From assembly GCA_047495785.1 (NCBI GenBank), contig JBLDXI010000015.1, positions 1,612,001-1,676,000 on the forward strand: a stretch of DNA of 64,000 nucleotides, in the 5' to 3' direction. Origin of the DNA: Lepidodermella squamata. Lineage: Eukaryota; Animalia; Gastrotricha. A program made the position numbers and the translations under genes. The notes below the pieces were generated by a model that saw nothing but the letters and a program-made list of their open reading frames with translations, searched no databases and was not told the origin of the DNA. Each line of letters opens with the position of its first letter. Positions within the stretch are counted from its first letter, which is position 1. Positions 26,701-39,630 of this stretch are shown here, one piece after another.

Positions 26701-29508
26701 TTGCCCCACAAACTGACCATACAAAGGGTACTAAGCAAGGCCAATACTATTACATCTCTGGCAAAGCAATGGTAGATAGCAAGCTAAATTTCATCACGAT
26801 TGAGTCACCCTTCGGCACAACTAAATCATTATCATCATCGTGCGTCTCTCTCTGGTATCAAATCGAGGGGGGAATGAAATGTGGGCTATTGACAGTTTTT
26901 GGAGAAGACGAATCCCCTGTAAAGCCTATTACAGAGCCTTCATCTGGCAATTGGACGCAAGCATTTATCAAAACTAATGCAGAAGGTGATGATTTTTATT
27001 CATAATTCTACCCATCTCATTGAAATAATTTTATCAGGGATCTTCAAAGTGAGAATAACTTGTGATCTCGGTGATGCAACATCGGCGGATTTCGCTGCTT
27101 TTGACGATGTCAAGTTCCACGCTTCCTGTCCATACAAAGACCCTATTCCAGGTAATTTTCCTTTAATCTCACTCGGCCTAGTCCTCACTCTGCAAAATTC
27201 TCAGGATTTTAATCTAATTGCGAACTGCTGTCAACAACCAGCCTCATTCACCTAAATTCGATAATAAGACATCATCACCGTCGTTGATTACTGAACTCAG
27301 ATTCGAGAATAAAAATGCTGATGATAACTCACCTGTGTTTTTTGTGTAACAGAAACAACCTTAGCTCCGATTACCACGACTTCAACTGCCCAAGACGCCT
27401 GGAGCAGCACTATTGGCCTTGTGACAACTACTACTATTTCAGAAACTATTGCAGACTCGACAGTTACAGATCAGGTTACTACTGTAAGTGAGACAACAGC
27501 AGAGCAGGAATCTTCCACACTGACTCAAGTTCTCGAAACTACAACGGAAGAAATCCCAAGCTCTTCGGAAGGTCTCACCACACCTATCGAGGCTACGACA
27601 AGCCACTCGACTTCAATAACAACTCACTATCACGAAACCACTGCGGGAGAAGTGCAAACCTCATCTGCGTCTTCAGCAGTGACTCTAATTTTCGATACTA
27701 CAACGGAAGAAATCCAAAGCTCTTCCGAAGGTCTCACCACACCTATCGAGATTACGGCAAGTCATGTGACTTCAACAATTAGTCAATTCCACGAAACCAC
27801 AGCGGGAGAAGTCCAAACCTCCGCCGAAACTACTGCAGGTGGTATTACGACATCCCTTCTAAGTGAAGCGACTACATCCCAGACCAGTATTGGCGAAGAG
27901 ACTTCGTCATCATCTTCGGAAATTCTGACGACAACGAGTGGTGAAGAAACTTCATCCGCCCCTATCGATGTGACTTCAACCGTATCAAGCGCTACGAATC
28001 CGAACGAAGAAACTGGGACGTCGCCAGGAATAACCCAGCACCAGACATCAACCTTGACATACGAAGAAACTACTACTCCGCTGGACGTAACAGTGAAAAC
28101 GACAGAAAGTTTGGTTTCAAGCTCCGCGAATCCGAGCGAAGAAACTGTGACGATGCCAGGAACAACCCAGTACCCGACATCTACATCTTCCTTCGAAGAA
28201 ACTACTACTCCGCTGGACGTAACAGTGAAAACGACAGAAAGTTTGGCGTCAACTGCCGTTAATCTTTATTCGTCTACAACCAATTTATGGGTCGAAAGTA
28301 ACTCTACGACATCGGAAATGACGTCTGAGGTTATTCAGACAACCACGGCTAATGACGCAAGTACAACGGCAACTCCAGGCAGAGGACTGTTTGTTGGTAA
28401 GGCGTGTTTCGATTTTCGTCAACTAAATATTGAGAAAATCAATGCAATAGAAATAACAGGGTCCCTGGAGTCAAGCCAAGTAATAATTGCTGGACAAGCG
28501 ACATTTTGGAGTGAGGTCTTAGCTGACCCATCTAGTTCGGAGTACAAAGCAGTCGTATCAACGTTTGAGAAAACAGTAATTAGAGCAGAAGATTCAATTA
28601 CGAGGCTCAAACATTCATTTTTACATCACAGCTAGGCAGCATATATGAGATTGCAGATTTGAATCCCAACCAAATTTCAATTGATAGACTAGCGTATGTT
28701 CATTCATTTTACCTCTTTCTTGATCAAGTTTTGAATATTTTTTATACAGCCCAGGATCCATCCTTTCTCTAACTCTTAAAAATCGACGAACTCAACGAAG
28801 CTCGTAAGTCATAACTTTTCAGTACATATTTGCTTAATCTGCATTATATATTACCCGCAGGCTCGGAATTAAGGCAGAATACCGCTCGAATGTATCCTTC
28901 ACTCGCGATGATGCCAGCGGAGATTCTAAGCGACTCCTGACCGCTATCAACGAAGCTCTTGTGAATGCCACTAAAATCTACCAATCGACGACTGAATTCA
29001 CAGATCTTTATGGTTCGGATGCTTCTATCACTAGTTCCGTCTCGTCGACCAGAATTTTAAATGAAATTGATGGTAAGGTTGCCGTTTCTTATTTCCCTTT
29101 TTCTAAATCTTTGAATTATAGTTGTGGAAGAAACTAAAGAACTCAGTGAAGCCGCTCTGACAGCGATCATTATCGCTGCTGCTTTCGGTGGTATCATAGC
29201 TGTGTCTATCACAGGGTTCCTCATACAGTGAGTATTGTTGTGAGATGAAACCAGATATATCCGAACGATTTCTGTGTATAGCAAAACGGTGAGTGGAAAC
29301 TCGGTCGATGGCTCTGTTGCATCTTATAACCGGGACGTCGAAGTCGATCCTACAATAAGAACTGATGACAGTGGAAGTTTAGAAATGCGCGCAACTTCTC
29401 CACTGCAGGCATCTGCTATCGACACCACTGAGGTAGAAACTGAAAGTTGAATACAAAAAATTCATTCATTGTTTCTCTATTGTTTTTTAGTATGAAGCTG
29501 AATTTTAG
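23704..29508 (+). CDS. Multi-MAM (6x) / mucin stalk / SEA-like / TM protein, copy 1
   Basis: Signal MWLPLLIALSAVLLSSA; six C[DT]F[EDS]-type starts with DH[TS] and [AG][IV]DD[IV] MAM motifs; Thr/Ser/Glu stalk 27350-28380; SEA-like segment with PGSIL; TM AALTAIIIAAAFGGIIAVSITGFLI; ends YEAEF*. Confidence 0.85.
27531..28245 (+). repeat. Internal coding repeats of the mucin stalk (2 x 159 bp; 2 x 132 bp)
   Basis: acaacggaagaaatcc at 27541 and 27700; gaagaaactactactccgctggacg at 28063 and 28195. Confidence 0.8.
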
Positions 29509-29886
29509 ATCCAACTGCCAATCTATCGAACACGTTGGTTGATTATTGAGCTTATGAGCTGAACATAATAAATCAGTGATAATGCTTAGTTGAGTTGGAA
29601 CTTGTTGAAAAGATTGATAAAAACTTAATTTTTACTAGTACATGGTACGGGGAGTGTGATTCCTAGAATATTTAGTTAAATCCTTTTTTTCACTCACCAT
29701 TTCATCAATTCGTTGATTTTCGGTCGAGGCAACATCCCGTTCGAATTGCCAATCTCGCCAGCTTTTTCGAGCCATCGCCCATGGTCGTGCAATCAATAGC
29801 TGAGAGCTAAGGTAAGGGAAAAACTAGAATTGAATTATACAATGGCGCCTGTATTATTGAGCCTAAAGGCCCGGCCTGTACTACCC

Positions 29887-29958
29887 GGCCCAGTGGCCTA
29901 ATGGTAAGGCGTCGGCCTCCGGAGCCGGAGATTGTGGGTTCGAGTCCCATCTGGGTCG
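29887..29958 (+). tRNA. tRNA-Arg(CCG)
   Basis: Same gene as 8223-8294, opposite strand. Confidence 0.93.
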
Positions 29959-30031
29959 ATCACTTTTATGTTTTCATTGAATTTTTCGAGTCAATCGATC
30001 TGCGAATTGACGATTGGCTTAGCTATCAGCC

Positions 30032-30097
30032 GGCTCAGTAGCTTAGTGGTAGAGCATTTGTCTTGTAAACAGAAGGTCGCGGGTTCGATCTGGGCCT
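30032..30097 (+). pseudogene. tRNA-Thr(TGT) pseudogene
   Basis: 6-nt deletion removes the 3' side of the T-stem (ggttcgatctgggcct vs ggttcgatccccgtctgggcct). Confidence 0.85.
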
Positions 30098-30139
30098 CGG
30101 CACCACTTTTTCCACTAGCATCAACCATTCGATGATTAA

Positions 30140-30527
30140 CCCATAGCCGCCGGCGCAATGACGTGTTAACTCGAGCACCTTTCAGAAAATCCCAGAAAAT
30201 CAAGAAGAGGCTAAAATCAAATTCAGAGTCGGCAGAAAGTCTTACATATAGCCTTAGATTGAAAGCCGAACCTCTTTTTCAGAAGAAATTTACCTGGGTT
30301 GCCGTTGCTATGACGTGTTAACGCGTTTTCATGACGTGTTAACAAGTCATTTAAAAATTTGCTCACTAATTTCAATCTGGTCAGAATGGCTTTCAAAATT
30401 ATTTCTTGCTATTGATGGTCATTTATCATAATTTATGACGCAACAATGGGTTCGATAGCCCAAATCCTCCGACCACGGTGAATTTTCTCCGGAATTAACG
30501 CGTTTACACGTCTTCGACGGCTAAGGG
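30140..30527. mobile_element. piggyBac-type MITE
   Basis: TTAA at 30136-30139 and 30528-30531; TIR CCCATAGCCGCCG / CGACGGCTAAGGG; internal tgacgtgttaac repeats; empty site visible in paralogous spacers at ~38290 and ~45680. Confidence 0.85.
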
Positions 30528-30568
30528 TTAATTAAGAAATGGGAATGGGACCTAGGGTGGCCACAAGC

Positions 30569-30642
30569 GCCTCCTTGGCTCAGTTGGCTAGAGCGCCAGT
30601 CTCATAATCTGGAGGTCGTGAGTTCGATCCTCACAGGGGGCA
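30569..30642 (+). tRNA. tRNA-Met(CAT)
   Basis: Intact cloverleaf. Confidence 0.93.
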
Positions 30643-30715
30643 GCTTCAACTTTTTGACAATTACGATCCTAATTCCTAACGAAGGTCACATTCTAATCAG
30701 ATTCCATCTTAATCC

Positions 30716-30787
30716 TCCCTGATGGTCTAGTGGTTAGGATTCCGCGTTCTCACCGCGGCGGCCCGGGTTCGATTCCCGGTCAGGGAA
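30716..30787 (+). tRNA. tRNA-Glu(CTC)
   Basis: Loop TTCTCAC. Confidence 0.93.
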
Positions 30788-30857
30788 CATTTGTTATGGC
30801 TTGGTAGAAGATACAGGTTTCTCTCGAGTGAGAGTCGCCATAATTATTGGGCATCCA

Positions 30858-30930
30858 GGTTCCGTAGTGTAGTGGTTATCACGTCTCCTTCACACGGAGA
30901 AGGTCGCGGGTTCGAACCCCGCCGGAACCT
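30858..30930 (+). tRNA. tRNA-Val(CAC)
   Basis: Intact cloverleaf. Confidence 0.93.
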
Positions 30931-31003
30931 CGCCGAATTTTTTTCCAGCGTCGATGAGGTTCCATGGCCATTAAAACAGAATCTATGCACTTTGAAGTCA
31001 TGT

Positions 31004-31075
31004 GGGGATGTAGCTCAGTGGTAGAGCGCTTGCTTTGCATGTAAGATGTCCCGGGTTCAAACCCCGGCATCTCCA
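31004..31075 (+). tRNA. tRNA-Ala(TGC)
   Basis: Intact cloverleaf. Confidence 0.93.
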
Positions 31076-31137
31076 AATTTTTGAAACTAGAACTAATTGT
31101 AACGAATCTTCAAAGCATTTGATCCTCAGTATCAGCA

Positions 31138-31211
31138 GGTTCCGTTGTGTAGCGGTTCATCACGTCTGCTTTACACGCAGAAGGTCGCGGGTTCGAACCC
31201 CGCCGGAATCT
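31138..31211 (+). tRNA. tRNA-Val(TAC)
   Basis: Cloverleaf with two substitutions relative to the other copies. Confidence 0.9.
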
Positions 31212-31610
31212 TCCATTTTCCATATTAAAATCTTTGATGAGTTTATTATGCAATTTTTGATCTTGGAAAAAATGCAACCAAAACTAAAACTATGCGCGCG
31301 TTCACCACGGGTCCCTACAACGGCATCCGAATGAATCGGCAACAACAATCGACAAAACCAGAAAATCACATTTTTCAATATGATGAGGTCAAGGTGTAGT
31401 TTTGGGGACCCGACAAACTGGCGAACGGGCGCATAGGGCGCTTCCCGATCGATCAGATATGGCGAAATGTTTATGGCGAAAACATTTTATTCGACATATG
31501 AATATGTGCCGTTACCCCGCAATTACGTTGATGACTTGCGAATTGAAAAACGTTAATGATGTTCTTGACATTTTGGATTTGATAGATGAGTTAATTTCCA
31601 AAAATGCTTT

Positions 31611-31692
31611 CGCTGCCAGTAGGATTTGAACCTACGCGCGGAGACCGCATCTGATTTCAAGTCAGACCCCTTAACCACTCGGGCATAGCAGC
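31611..31692 (-). tRNA. tRNA-Ser(TGA)
   Basis: Reverse complement of the 8456-8537 gene. Confidence 0.93.
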
Positions 31693-32194
31693 TTGTTGGC
31701 AAATGGGGAGATGGAACAGCGACTACCCTATCGCGTCCTCCAAGGCCAAGTGAATAATGAGCACTCAAAACAAAATGCAGGGGGCGAAGAATGGCGAGGA
31801 GTTGAAAAAACGGACAAGCATGACTCAAGACTCACCGGACACTATTTCTCGATAAAGAAGTGGGCAGACATCTTTTCGTAATCATTCTTAGCATGATTTA
31901 TAGGTCTTTGGCGATAATTTCTATTGAGGAATAGTAAGCCTTAGACTTTCTTGTCCGTTTATTATTCTAATCTCGCTACAAAGCAACGATACTCGAGATA
32001 AATTTTAAATAGAGAGGTGTACTCAAGAAGGCATGTCTTCTGAAGACTATTACTAAAATCATATATTTTGTCGTATTATCAAAAGACAAAATGGCCGGAG
32101 ATATGATTTATCGCAACGTGCCACTAATAGCCAACCACTGGTATAATTACCCGAAAAAAAACCATTTTTTCGTTATTTTCCAATTTACGAGACA

Positions 32195-35100
32195 ATGCGA
32201 TTTTTGCTTTTCTTCTCGCTTGCTGTCACTTTCTTCGTTCAAGGAGGTATGCTTTTTTATTGATGTAAGAAATTATACTTAGTGCTCTTCTTGACGCAGA
32301 AGCTGCAGATGGCGATTTGATATTCTCTTGCGACTTTAATAACGATAACTGCGGATTTTTCACTCAAAATGAGTACACTTGGGTGAGGACGTGCCATCGG
32401 AATTGCGATAGTTTCAAGTGTAGAGGGCTCATGCCGGACCACACGAACAGCTCTTCAGAAAATTGCGGTTCTTACTTTCAAACTATAGCTGGCCAAAGCA
32501 ACGCCCTACTCGCTATTCTTCAACGAGCAGTTAATGGAACGAGTGATATGAACTGCTTATCCTTCTGGTATTTCTCGATAGGCAGCAATCCTCTGCAACT
32601 GAGCGGGGGCAGCTACACTAAAACTTCTTGGAATTACATATGGGCTAATGATGGTTCTCGGGGGAAAGAATGGCATTTCCAACAGCTAAATTTTCCCGGA
32701 AGAGCTCATCAATCTGTAAGCTTTCTTTCAACAGACAATTGTAATACTATGCCATGCTTCGAAGGTTTTCTTTATTGGCGAGATAAATCGTTTCGGAAAC
32801 GGGGCTTATGGGATAGATGACGTGGAACTCCGAAGTGGTTATTGCCCTCGAGCATCCAAACTAATCTGCGACTTTGAAGACTCTGAGCAATGCGGCTTCT
32901 CGAGTTCTGGCCAGGGATCATGGCGGGTAGGTTCAACTGATCATGTTGCGGATCATACGTACAATGCTGACGAAGGAAACTATGCCTACCTGAAGCCAAC
33001 AGTAGAAAATGCGACCGAGCTTCATGTTCCATTTTCTTGGCCAAAAGATGAGACGGACAAAGATAAAACCGTGATATGCGCCAATTTTTGGTACCAGATG
33101 TCGAGCAACTATGCCAGCCAGTTGGATCTGTGCGTTGACGATTGCGAAACAGGAATGGCATTTTCCGGAGTCTATAGCCAAGAGAATTACAAATGGAAGA
33201 ATGCCCGTTTTGAACTCCGTAAGTTTCATAAACCCGTTATTGAAGGATCCTTGATTATGCTTCTTATTAGCCCCGAGAAAAGCGGAGAATTTCCACCTCA
33301 TCTTCCGAGGTGGCTTACTCGCTAAAGATGAGCCAGCCAACAATCTGCTGGCCATCGATGATATTAAACTTGAAGCAGGACCATGCGGCTTTAACTTTGC
33401 TGCTTGCACTTTTGATAAACCGTGTGAATGGACAAGCAGCCTGGATCTTGCTCCCGAAATCTTCCCATCCCTTGGCATTGAGCCCATGATCTGGCAAATA
33501 GGTCAAGGCTCGCCGATACCTCGAGATCACACTTACGGCGTTGCATCTGGGAAGTATATCTTCGCCAAAGCTGTGGCCTCGAAACCATCTTACGCGGCCC
33601 TGGCTTCAAAAGTCAGGCTCACCAATGATACTCTATGCGTCCGTTTCTTCTACACCGGCATAAAGTCTCCGTCAACTAAAGAGAATTCTTACCCCCTCCG
33701 CTTGGTGGCTTTGTTCTCATCTAACTATCAACGTACCATTTGGGAAATGCCGTGGAGTGACGTGAAAGATTACTGGCGAAATGGCAAGTTCGAGGTCGAT
33801 CTTCGGGCGATGATGGCTAGCGGTGATAAGTTCCAGTTGTTATTCGAGGCGTATCTTGATAACGAGAATGATGCCATTGCATTGGATGATATTCGCATTG
33901 ATACGTCTCGAGACTCTTGCTACAGCAACAATATACATGTCATACCGATAAATGATGTTGAATTGGGTTAGCTTGATACAGTTTCAATTAGGGCTTCTAT
34001 ATTTTTTCGTGAAACACAGGCAATCGATATATAGCTTGCAATTTCAATGGAGGATCGTTTTGTTCATGGCGATCAAAAGGATGGGTGATCAAAAGGGACC
34101 CAGTGGATTACGGTAACATTTTCGTTTTAATCAATTCATTCTTACTCATTTCTAACACAGGAAACTCGGCCATGTTCGTCTACTCCGAAGTACCAGGACC
34201 CAACTCGAATTTACTAGCATCAACACTGATCCCAGCCTACGGAGAGTACTGCTTTGAATTCGACTATGCCATGTATGGCTTGCGCCCTATTTTGGTTTAT
34301 ATTACAATGAGATACGGGGACCGTTCGAAAACTTCCAAGACGCTATGGATCAGGGGCGGTAGCAAGGGTTTCCGTTACCTCAATGGTCGCGTTCCTATTC
34401 AGAGCGACTATGATTTCACGATTGAGTTTGAAGTGAAAGGAGTTTCAGCCGATGACGAATCGTCATTTTCCGGAACCTTCGCGGTTCGCAGCACGAAGCT
34501 TACTCGTGGCACCTGCGATATTGGTCGCGAAGACGTTTGTGACTTTGAAAATGGATTTTGCTACTGGAAAACCGGTTTGAATGCTACTAAACCTTGGTCG
34601 CTTAGTATGTTGAATTTACCACGACTGCGGATTTAACATAATTTTTTGTGTAACAGTCAGAGGTGCTGAAAGCACAATTTTTCAAACTGATCATTCGACG
34701 CGAACCCCTCAAGGCACTATGGCTGTATTGCCAGGAAGCCAATCGAGATACTCAACTATGACGATGGTTCCTTTCGCTAATGGAACATTCGAAGACATGG
34801 ATGGCCCACTGTGTCTCAGTTTGTGGTACCAAATGACAAGTATTCGACCTGTTGGCTTGAGATTCCCCACCCTCAGCGTATCAGCCCTGTCTAAATCCAT
34901 TGGGCTGACAGAGCTCTGGAAAGATGATGAGAAAACTCAAACATGGAAATATGCTAATATACCAGTCCCTGACATCCCTGGAATTGTTTCAGTCAGCATA
35001 ATTGGCCAGAATGAAGATGACGACAATTCGATTGCAATTGATGATGTTCAGCTGCAGGCGAATGCATGCCCCTATGTAGCAGTTTGTGACTTTGAGACGA

Positions 35101-37870
35101 GCACATGCGGATACCAACAATACAAGCCTTTAACCGCAATAATTGCCGCATGGATTAGCCCTGGCAGTCCCGATTCAGAATCAATAGCGCCGCAAACCGA
35201 TCATACAAAGGGTACTAAGCAAGGCCAATACTATTACATCTCTGGCAAAGCGATGGTAGATAATCAGCTTAGCTACATCAAAATCGACTCGCCCCTAGGA
35301 TATGGGGTAGCAACAGATCGGGATTGCATTTCACTTTGGTACCAAATTGAAGGCGCAATGAAATGCAGGCTATCAACGGTGACTGAGGATGTTGAATCGC
35401 CAGCTAAATTGATCACTGAACCTTCTTCCGGTAACTGGAAGGCAGCTTTCATCAGCGCAACAACTTCAGGTAACAGTAGTCTTCAATTTCCACAGATCTT
35501 AAAGTAATGAAATGATTTCGAGCAGGCCTATTCAAGCTGAGGATTACATGTGAACTCGGTTTAGCAACTTCAGCCGACTACGCTGCGTTTGATGACGTCA
35601 TGTATCATCCTTTCTGCCCTTACAAAGACCTAGTTCAAGGTAATTGATGCTCGCTTTCACTCTACTTATATAGACATTACACTCCGAAATTCTTAGGACT
35701 TTGACCTATTTGGGAACATCGGTAAACAGCGAAGTCCTAAATCACCGAAATTTCATCGATAGACTTTATTAAGACAACTTGTGCTGAAAAAATGCAAGGA
35801 ATATTGTTTGATTAGATCCGAGAATAAAAATTGCCTATTTAGCGGAAAGCTTTATTGTATTTTTTCGTGAAATTATAGAAACAACTGTAGATCCAATCTT
35901 GCCCTCTACATCAACCTTATCTATGACAAAGCAAACTGAGACCAGTCCTTCCTTAGCTGTAACTAGCTCACCGGTTACAAGTCTGATTACTACTGATGTT
36001 AGGACAGAAATCGTCACTGAAACTACAACAACTACTACAAAGGTTACTGAACTTGAACCTTCAACTACCACAAAGCAAATTTCAACGACAGCGCTTGAAA
36101 TCGGCAGTTCCTCTTCAGCTCAATCGACCCTGAATGGAGGAACTACCAGTTTTGCAGACCAGAGCACGTCTTCCATTGGGATTATTAGCTCTACCGCTAC
36201 GAATCCGGCTACTGCAGTTTTTGAGACCGGTATTACGACCGAAACTGTCACGAGCACTAAGGCTGTGGAATTAGAAGCTTCAACTACAACCTTAGAAATC
36301 GGCAAATCCTCTCCGGCCCAATCGACCCCGAATGACGCGACCACTATTTCTGGAGAAGTGAGCACGTCATCTGCCCTGAATGAAACTTCTACTATTGGAA
36401 CTTCATCGGCATCAACCGACGAAGTGTCGGCAATCTTCAGTTCTACTCCATTTCATGAAGTATCTTCAACAACTTCAGAACCCTTATTTACCGGGAATGG
36501 TTGGACCTCTACGTCCATCTATGAGGAGTCGACAACCTCATTGGTGATATCATCCGAGGCGACAACGGACTACGCCTCAACAGTTGAAACAACGACCAAA
36601 CAAGACGTAATAACCGCAGCCACGACTGAATCTATAGAAACCACAGCAGCGCAGACTGCTCAGACCACATCAAAGTCAAACATCGGAAGAGAGCTGCTTA
36701 TCGGTTTGTTACAGAGTTCCTGCTGTTTTGAGAGACTCTAACTTCGATTTTGTAGAAGTGACTGGGACAATGGAGTCAAGTCAAATTATAATCGATGGCC
36801 AAACAATCTATTGGAGTGAGGTTTTAGCTGACTCCTCAAGCTTGGAACATGAAGCTGTGGTGTCTGCTTTCGAGAAATCGGTAATTTGCTCTTCAAAAGC
36901 CACAAGCAGAGATCGAATCATCTATTTTATTGTTACAGTTAATCAGCATCTATCAGATTGCAAATCTCAACCCGAATCAACTGATAGTTGATCAATTATC
37001 GTAAGTTGAACAAAATTGACTGTTTATATAAGGACCCTGTTGCTCTCTTCCATTTTGTAGGCCAGGATCCTTCATGTATTCAAGCTCGAGAAAGTTTGAC
37101 GCAAGCTCGTAAATTAATCGAGATATTGAGACTTTTTCAGAGTGATAATTGTTCTTTTTATACTTGCCTTAGAGTCGGAATTAAGGCGGGATACCACGCA
37201 AATGTCTCTCTGACCCGGGATGAAGCGAGCGGAGAGGCGAAAAGTTTACAGGCCACTATCAACGATGCTGTCGTAAATGCAACCAAAGTTTACCAATCAA
37301 CAGGCGAATTTGCGAATTTATTCGGCTCGGATGCTCTGCTAACTTCTACAGTCTCGTCTACTCGGATTGTGAATGAGGTTAAAAGTAAGGATACCTATTC
37401 AACTCAAAGGCGATTTGATTGAATATTCTTATTCCTGAAAGTTGTTGATGAAGGAGATGAACTTAGCGGCGCTGCTTTGACGGCGATAATCCTCGCGGCT
37501 GCTTTCGGTGGAATCATTATGATTTTTATCACTGGTTTTCTGATACAGTTAGCTTTAGAAGACAAACATCTTGTGTAAACCTTATATTGACGTAATTGCC
37601 GTTATTTAGCAAAACATTGTCTTCTGCCGATTCGATCGTTGACGCTGCATCTTCTCCTCGACAGGACATCGCGGTAGAAAAGGCAGACAAAACTGTTGCT
37701 GACAATTTTGAAACTGGAAAGAGAAGTGATTCGGAAACGGGAATGCAGTTGCAGGCACTGGCTATTCAAAAGCAGTTGCATGCTGCAGCAGTAAACAACG
37801 AGGTTGATTGTTTTGTTGTTTTTTTATCTAGTCATGTCACTTTTTTTCTTAGTTTGAAGCGGAATTTTAA
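32195..37870 (+). CDS. Multi-MAM (6x) / mucin stalk / SEA-like / TM protein, copy 2
   Basis: Signal MRFLLFFSLAVTFFVQG; exon-for-exon colinear with 23704-29508; divergent Thr-rich stalk; TM AALTAIILAAAFGGIIMIFITGFLI; ends FEAEF*. Confidence 0.85.
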
Positions 37871-38182
37871 CTGTTACCGGGCGATTGATGCGAACCATCG
37901 AGGATCTAAATCGTGACATCCATATATGCGTACTCGTTTCATGCGTGAACAGTGAATAGCTGATAAATAATTTCGTTATAGTGAATAGCTGATAAATAAT
38001 TTGTGGCAATTCTGATATTTGAGATTATTTCTTTCTTGTAACTTCAAGCAAAAGGTGAATTTCTCGTGTACCGCCCCAAAAATGATAAAATGAGGCAAAA
38101 CATTAGGATATTTCAGCTCCATTGGGAGCACAGACTTCTTATTATTGTTCACTTTTGATAACTCATGATTACGGATTATGCC

Positions 38183-38254
38183 GGCTCAGTAGCTTAGTGG
38201 TAGAGCATCTGTCTTGTAAACAGAAGGTCGCGGGTTCGATCCCCGTCTGGGCCT
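38183..38254 (+). tRNA. tRNA-Thr(TGT)
   Basis: Intact cloverleaf. Confidence 0.93.
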
Positions 38255-38326
38255 CGGCTACTCTTTTACCCCTAGCATCAGTCATTCGATGATCAATTAA
38301 GAAATGAGAATAGGATGACCATAAGC

Positions 38327-38400
38327 GCCTCCTTGGCTCAGTTGGCTAGAGCGCCAGTCTCATAATCTGGAGGTCGTGAGTTCGATCCTCACAGGGGGCA
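38327..38400 (+). tRNA. tRNA-Met(CAT)
   Basis: Intact cloverleaf. Confidence 0.93.
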
Positions 38401-38438
38401 GCTTCCATTTTTATGGCTTGAGGATCCCGGGACATTCC

Positions 38439-38480
38439 AGGATTCCGCATTCGGCCCGGGTTCGATTCCCGGTCAGGGAA
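38439..38480 (+). pseudogene. tRNA-Glu remnant
   Basis: aggattccgc...ggcccgggttcgattcccggtcagggaa; 5' half and anticodon deleted; expected cassette position after Met. Confidence 0.8.
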
Positions 38481-38560
38481 CACTTTTTCTCCGCCTTGAT
38501 TCATGTATGTATCAGTTTTCTGCTGACAATCTTCAAATTCTAATGCGAAAGTGTGAACTC

Positions 38561-38603
38561 CATCTCGTTCAGACGGAAAATGTCACGGGTTCGATCTCGG
38601 ATT
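38561..38603 (+). pseudogene. Highly decayed tRNA-Val(CAC) remnant
   Basis: tctcgttcagacggaaaatgtcacgggttcga aligns to tctccttcacacggagaaggtcgcgggttcga; expected cassette position. Confidence 0.55.
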
Positions 38604-39630
38604 GTCAATGAATTGTCTTTGGAGGCAATCAGAGTGAAAGGTCAAAATAGCATCCAAGCTCGCCCCAAATGGCGAAATGTAGACCATAATGCGACCTACT
38701 TGTGTTGTTTTCAACATTTCAACATCATTGATCCCGAAAATCACTAAATTCACTATGGAAAGATCGTTGGTGTCCTATCTGTAACAGTGTTGTCTATGCC
38801 GAAAATACTGAATTTTATTTGCAATTGCGAAACCATTTTTCGTCAGAAAAACATTCAAGATTTCTATAAAAATGTCCAAAAAATAACCGGCGCGTTTCTT
38901 GTGATTTCCGCTGCCTCAATTATCAACCAAACATGCAGAAAAATCGAAACCGTCTCGGAACCAGTATGAATCCAGTCGAATATTTTGTTCACTTCACCTC
39001 CAAGCGCTGATGAATCAGCTGAACATCCGGCGCCCTTGGCGTAGCACCCTTTTCTCGTGAGTAAGCGGTCTATCCTAAAGAATTTCTATGACTATAAGTG
39101 CACTATGGCGAGGACTGGCTGTAACCTTACTTCTGACAACTTTACTTTGGCTTGGGCGATTCATCTCATTATTTTGAAAAAGTGAGCTTTGGCCTTATCT
39201 AACATCACTTTATTTCTCGTAAAAATAACCCAGCTGCGGCGACCTAACTACGTCTCGACCGCGGTGTCCTACTTACGCCGCTTGATAAAATTCGCGCTAA
39301 GGTGCTGTCGAGGTGTGATTTGCAGGAACAAATGCCTGGCAACACGATTGGTTAATTTCTCAGGACTGGAGGCTAGTCGTTATGAACTAGTCATGAATCG
39401 ATAAATTATATAGAACAAAAAAACAACCGTTTCTTCAGTGCTTCACTCGAATCTTCTATCAACGTTTCAAACGAAATGTTATCGACGGTCGTATAAATGT
39501 GGAAATCTTGATGTTAGGCACTTTTTAAACAGAAATGAAAATATTCGCAGGCATTATTTTCGCACTTGCTTTCACAGGTCGTAGCTCAGCGCAATGTAAG
39601 TATTCTGATAATTCGACCATATCTTCATCA

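Noticed and set aside
5155-36365. Numerous antisense or alternative-frame ORFs over LicD and MAM exons
   Set aside because: Shadow ORFs of real coding exons with no independent motifs
37951-38002. Short direct repeats (also 11092-11120 and 22533-22571) as a CRISPR-like array
   Set aside because: Two or three adjacent copies without unique spacers, in a eukaryotic context
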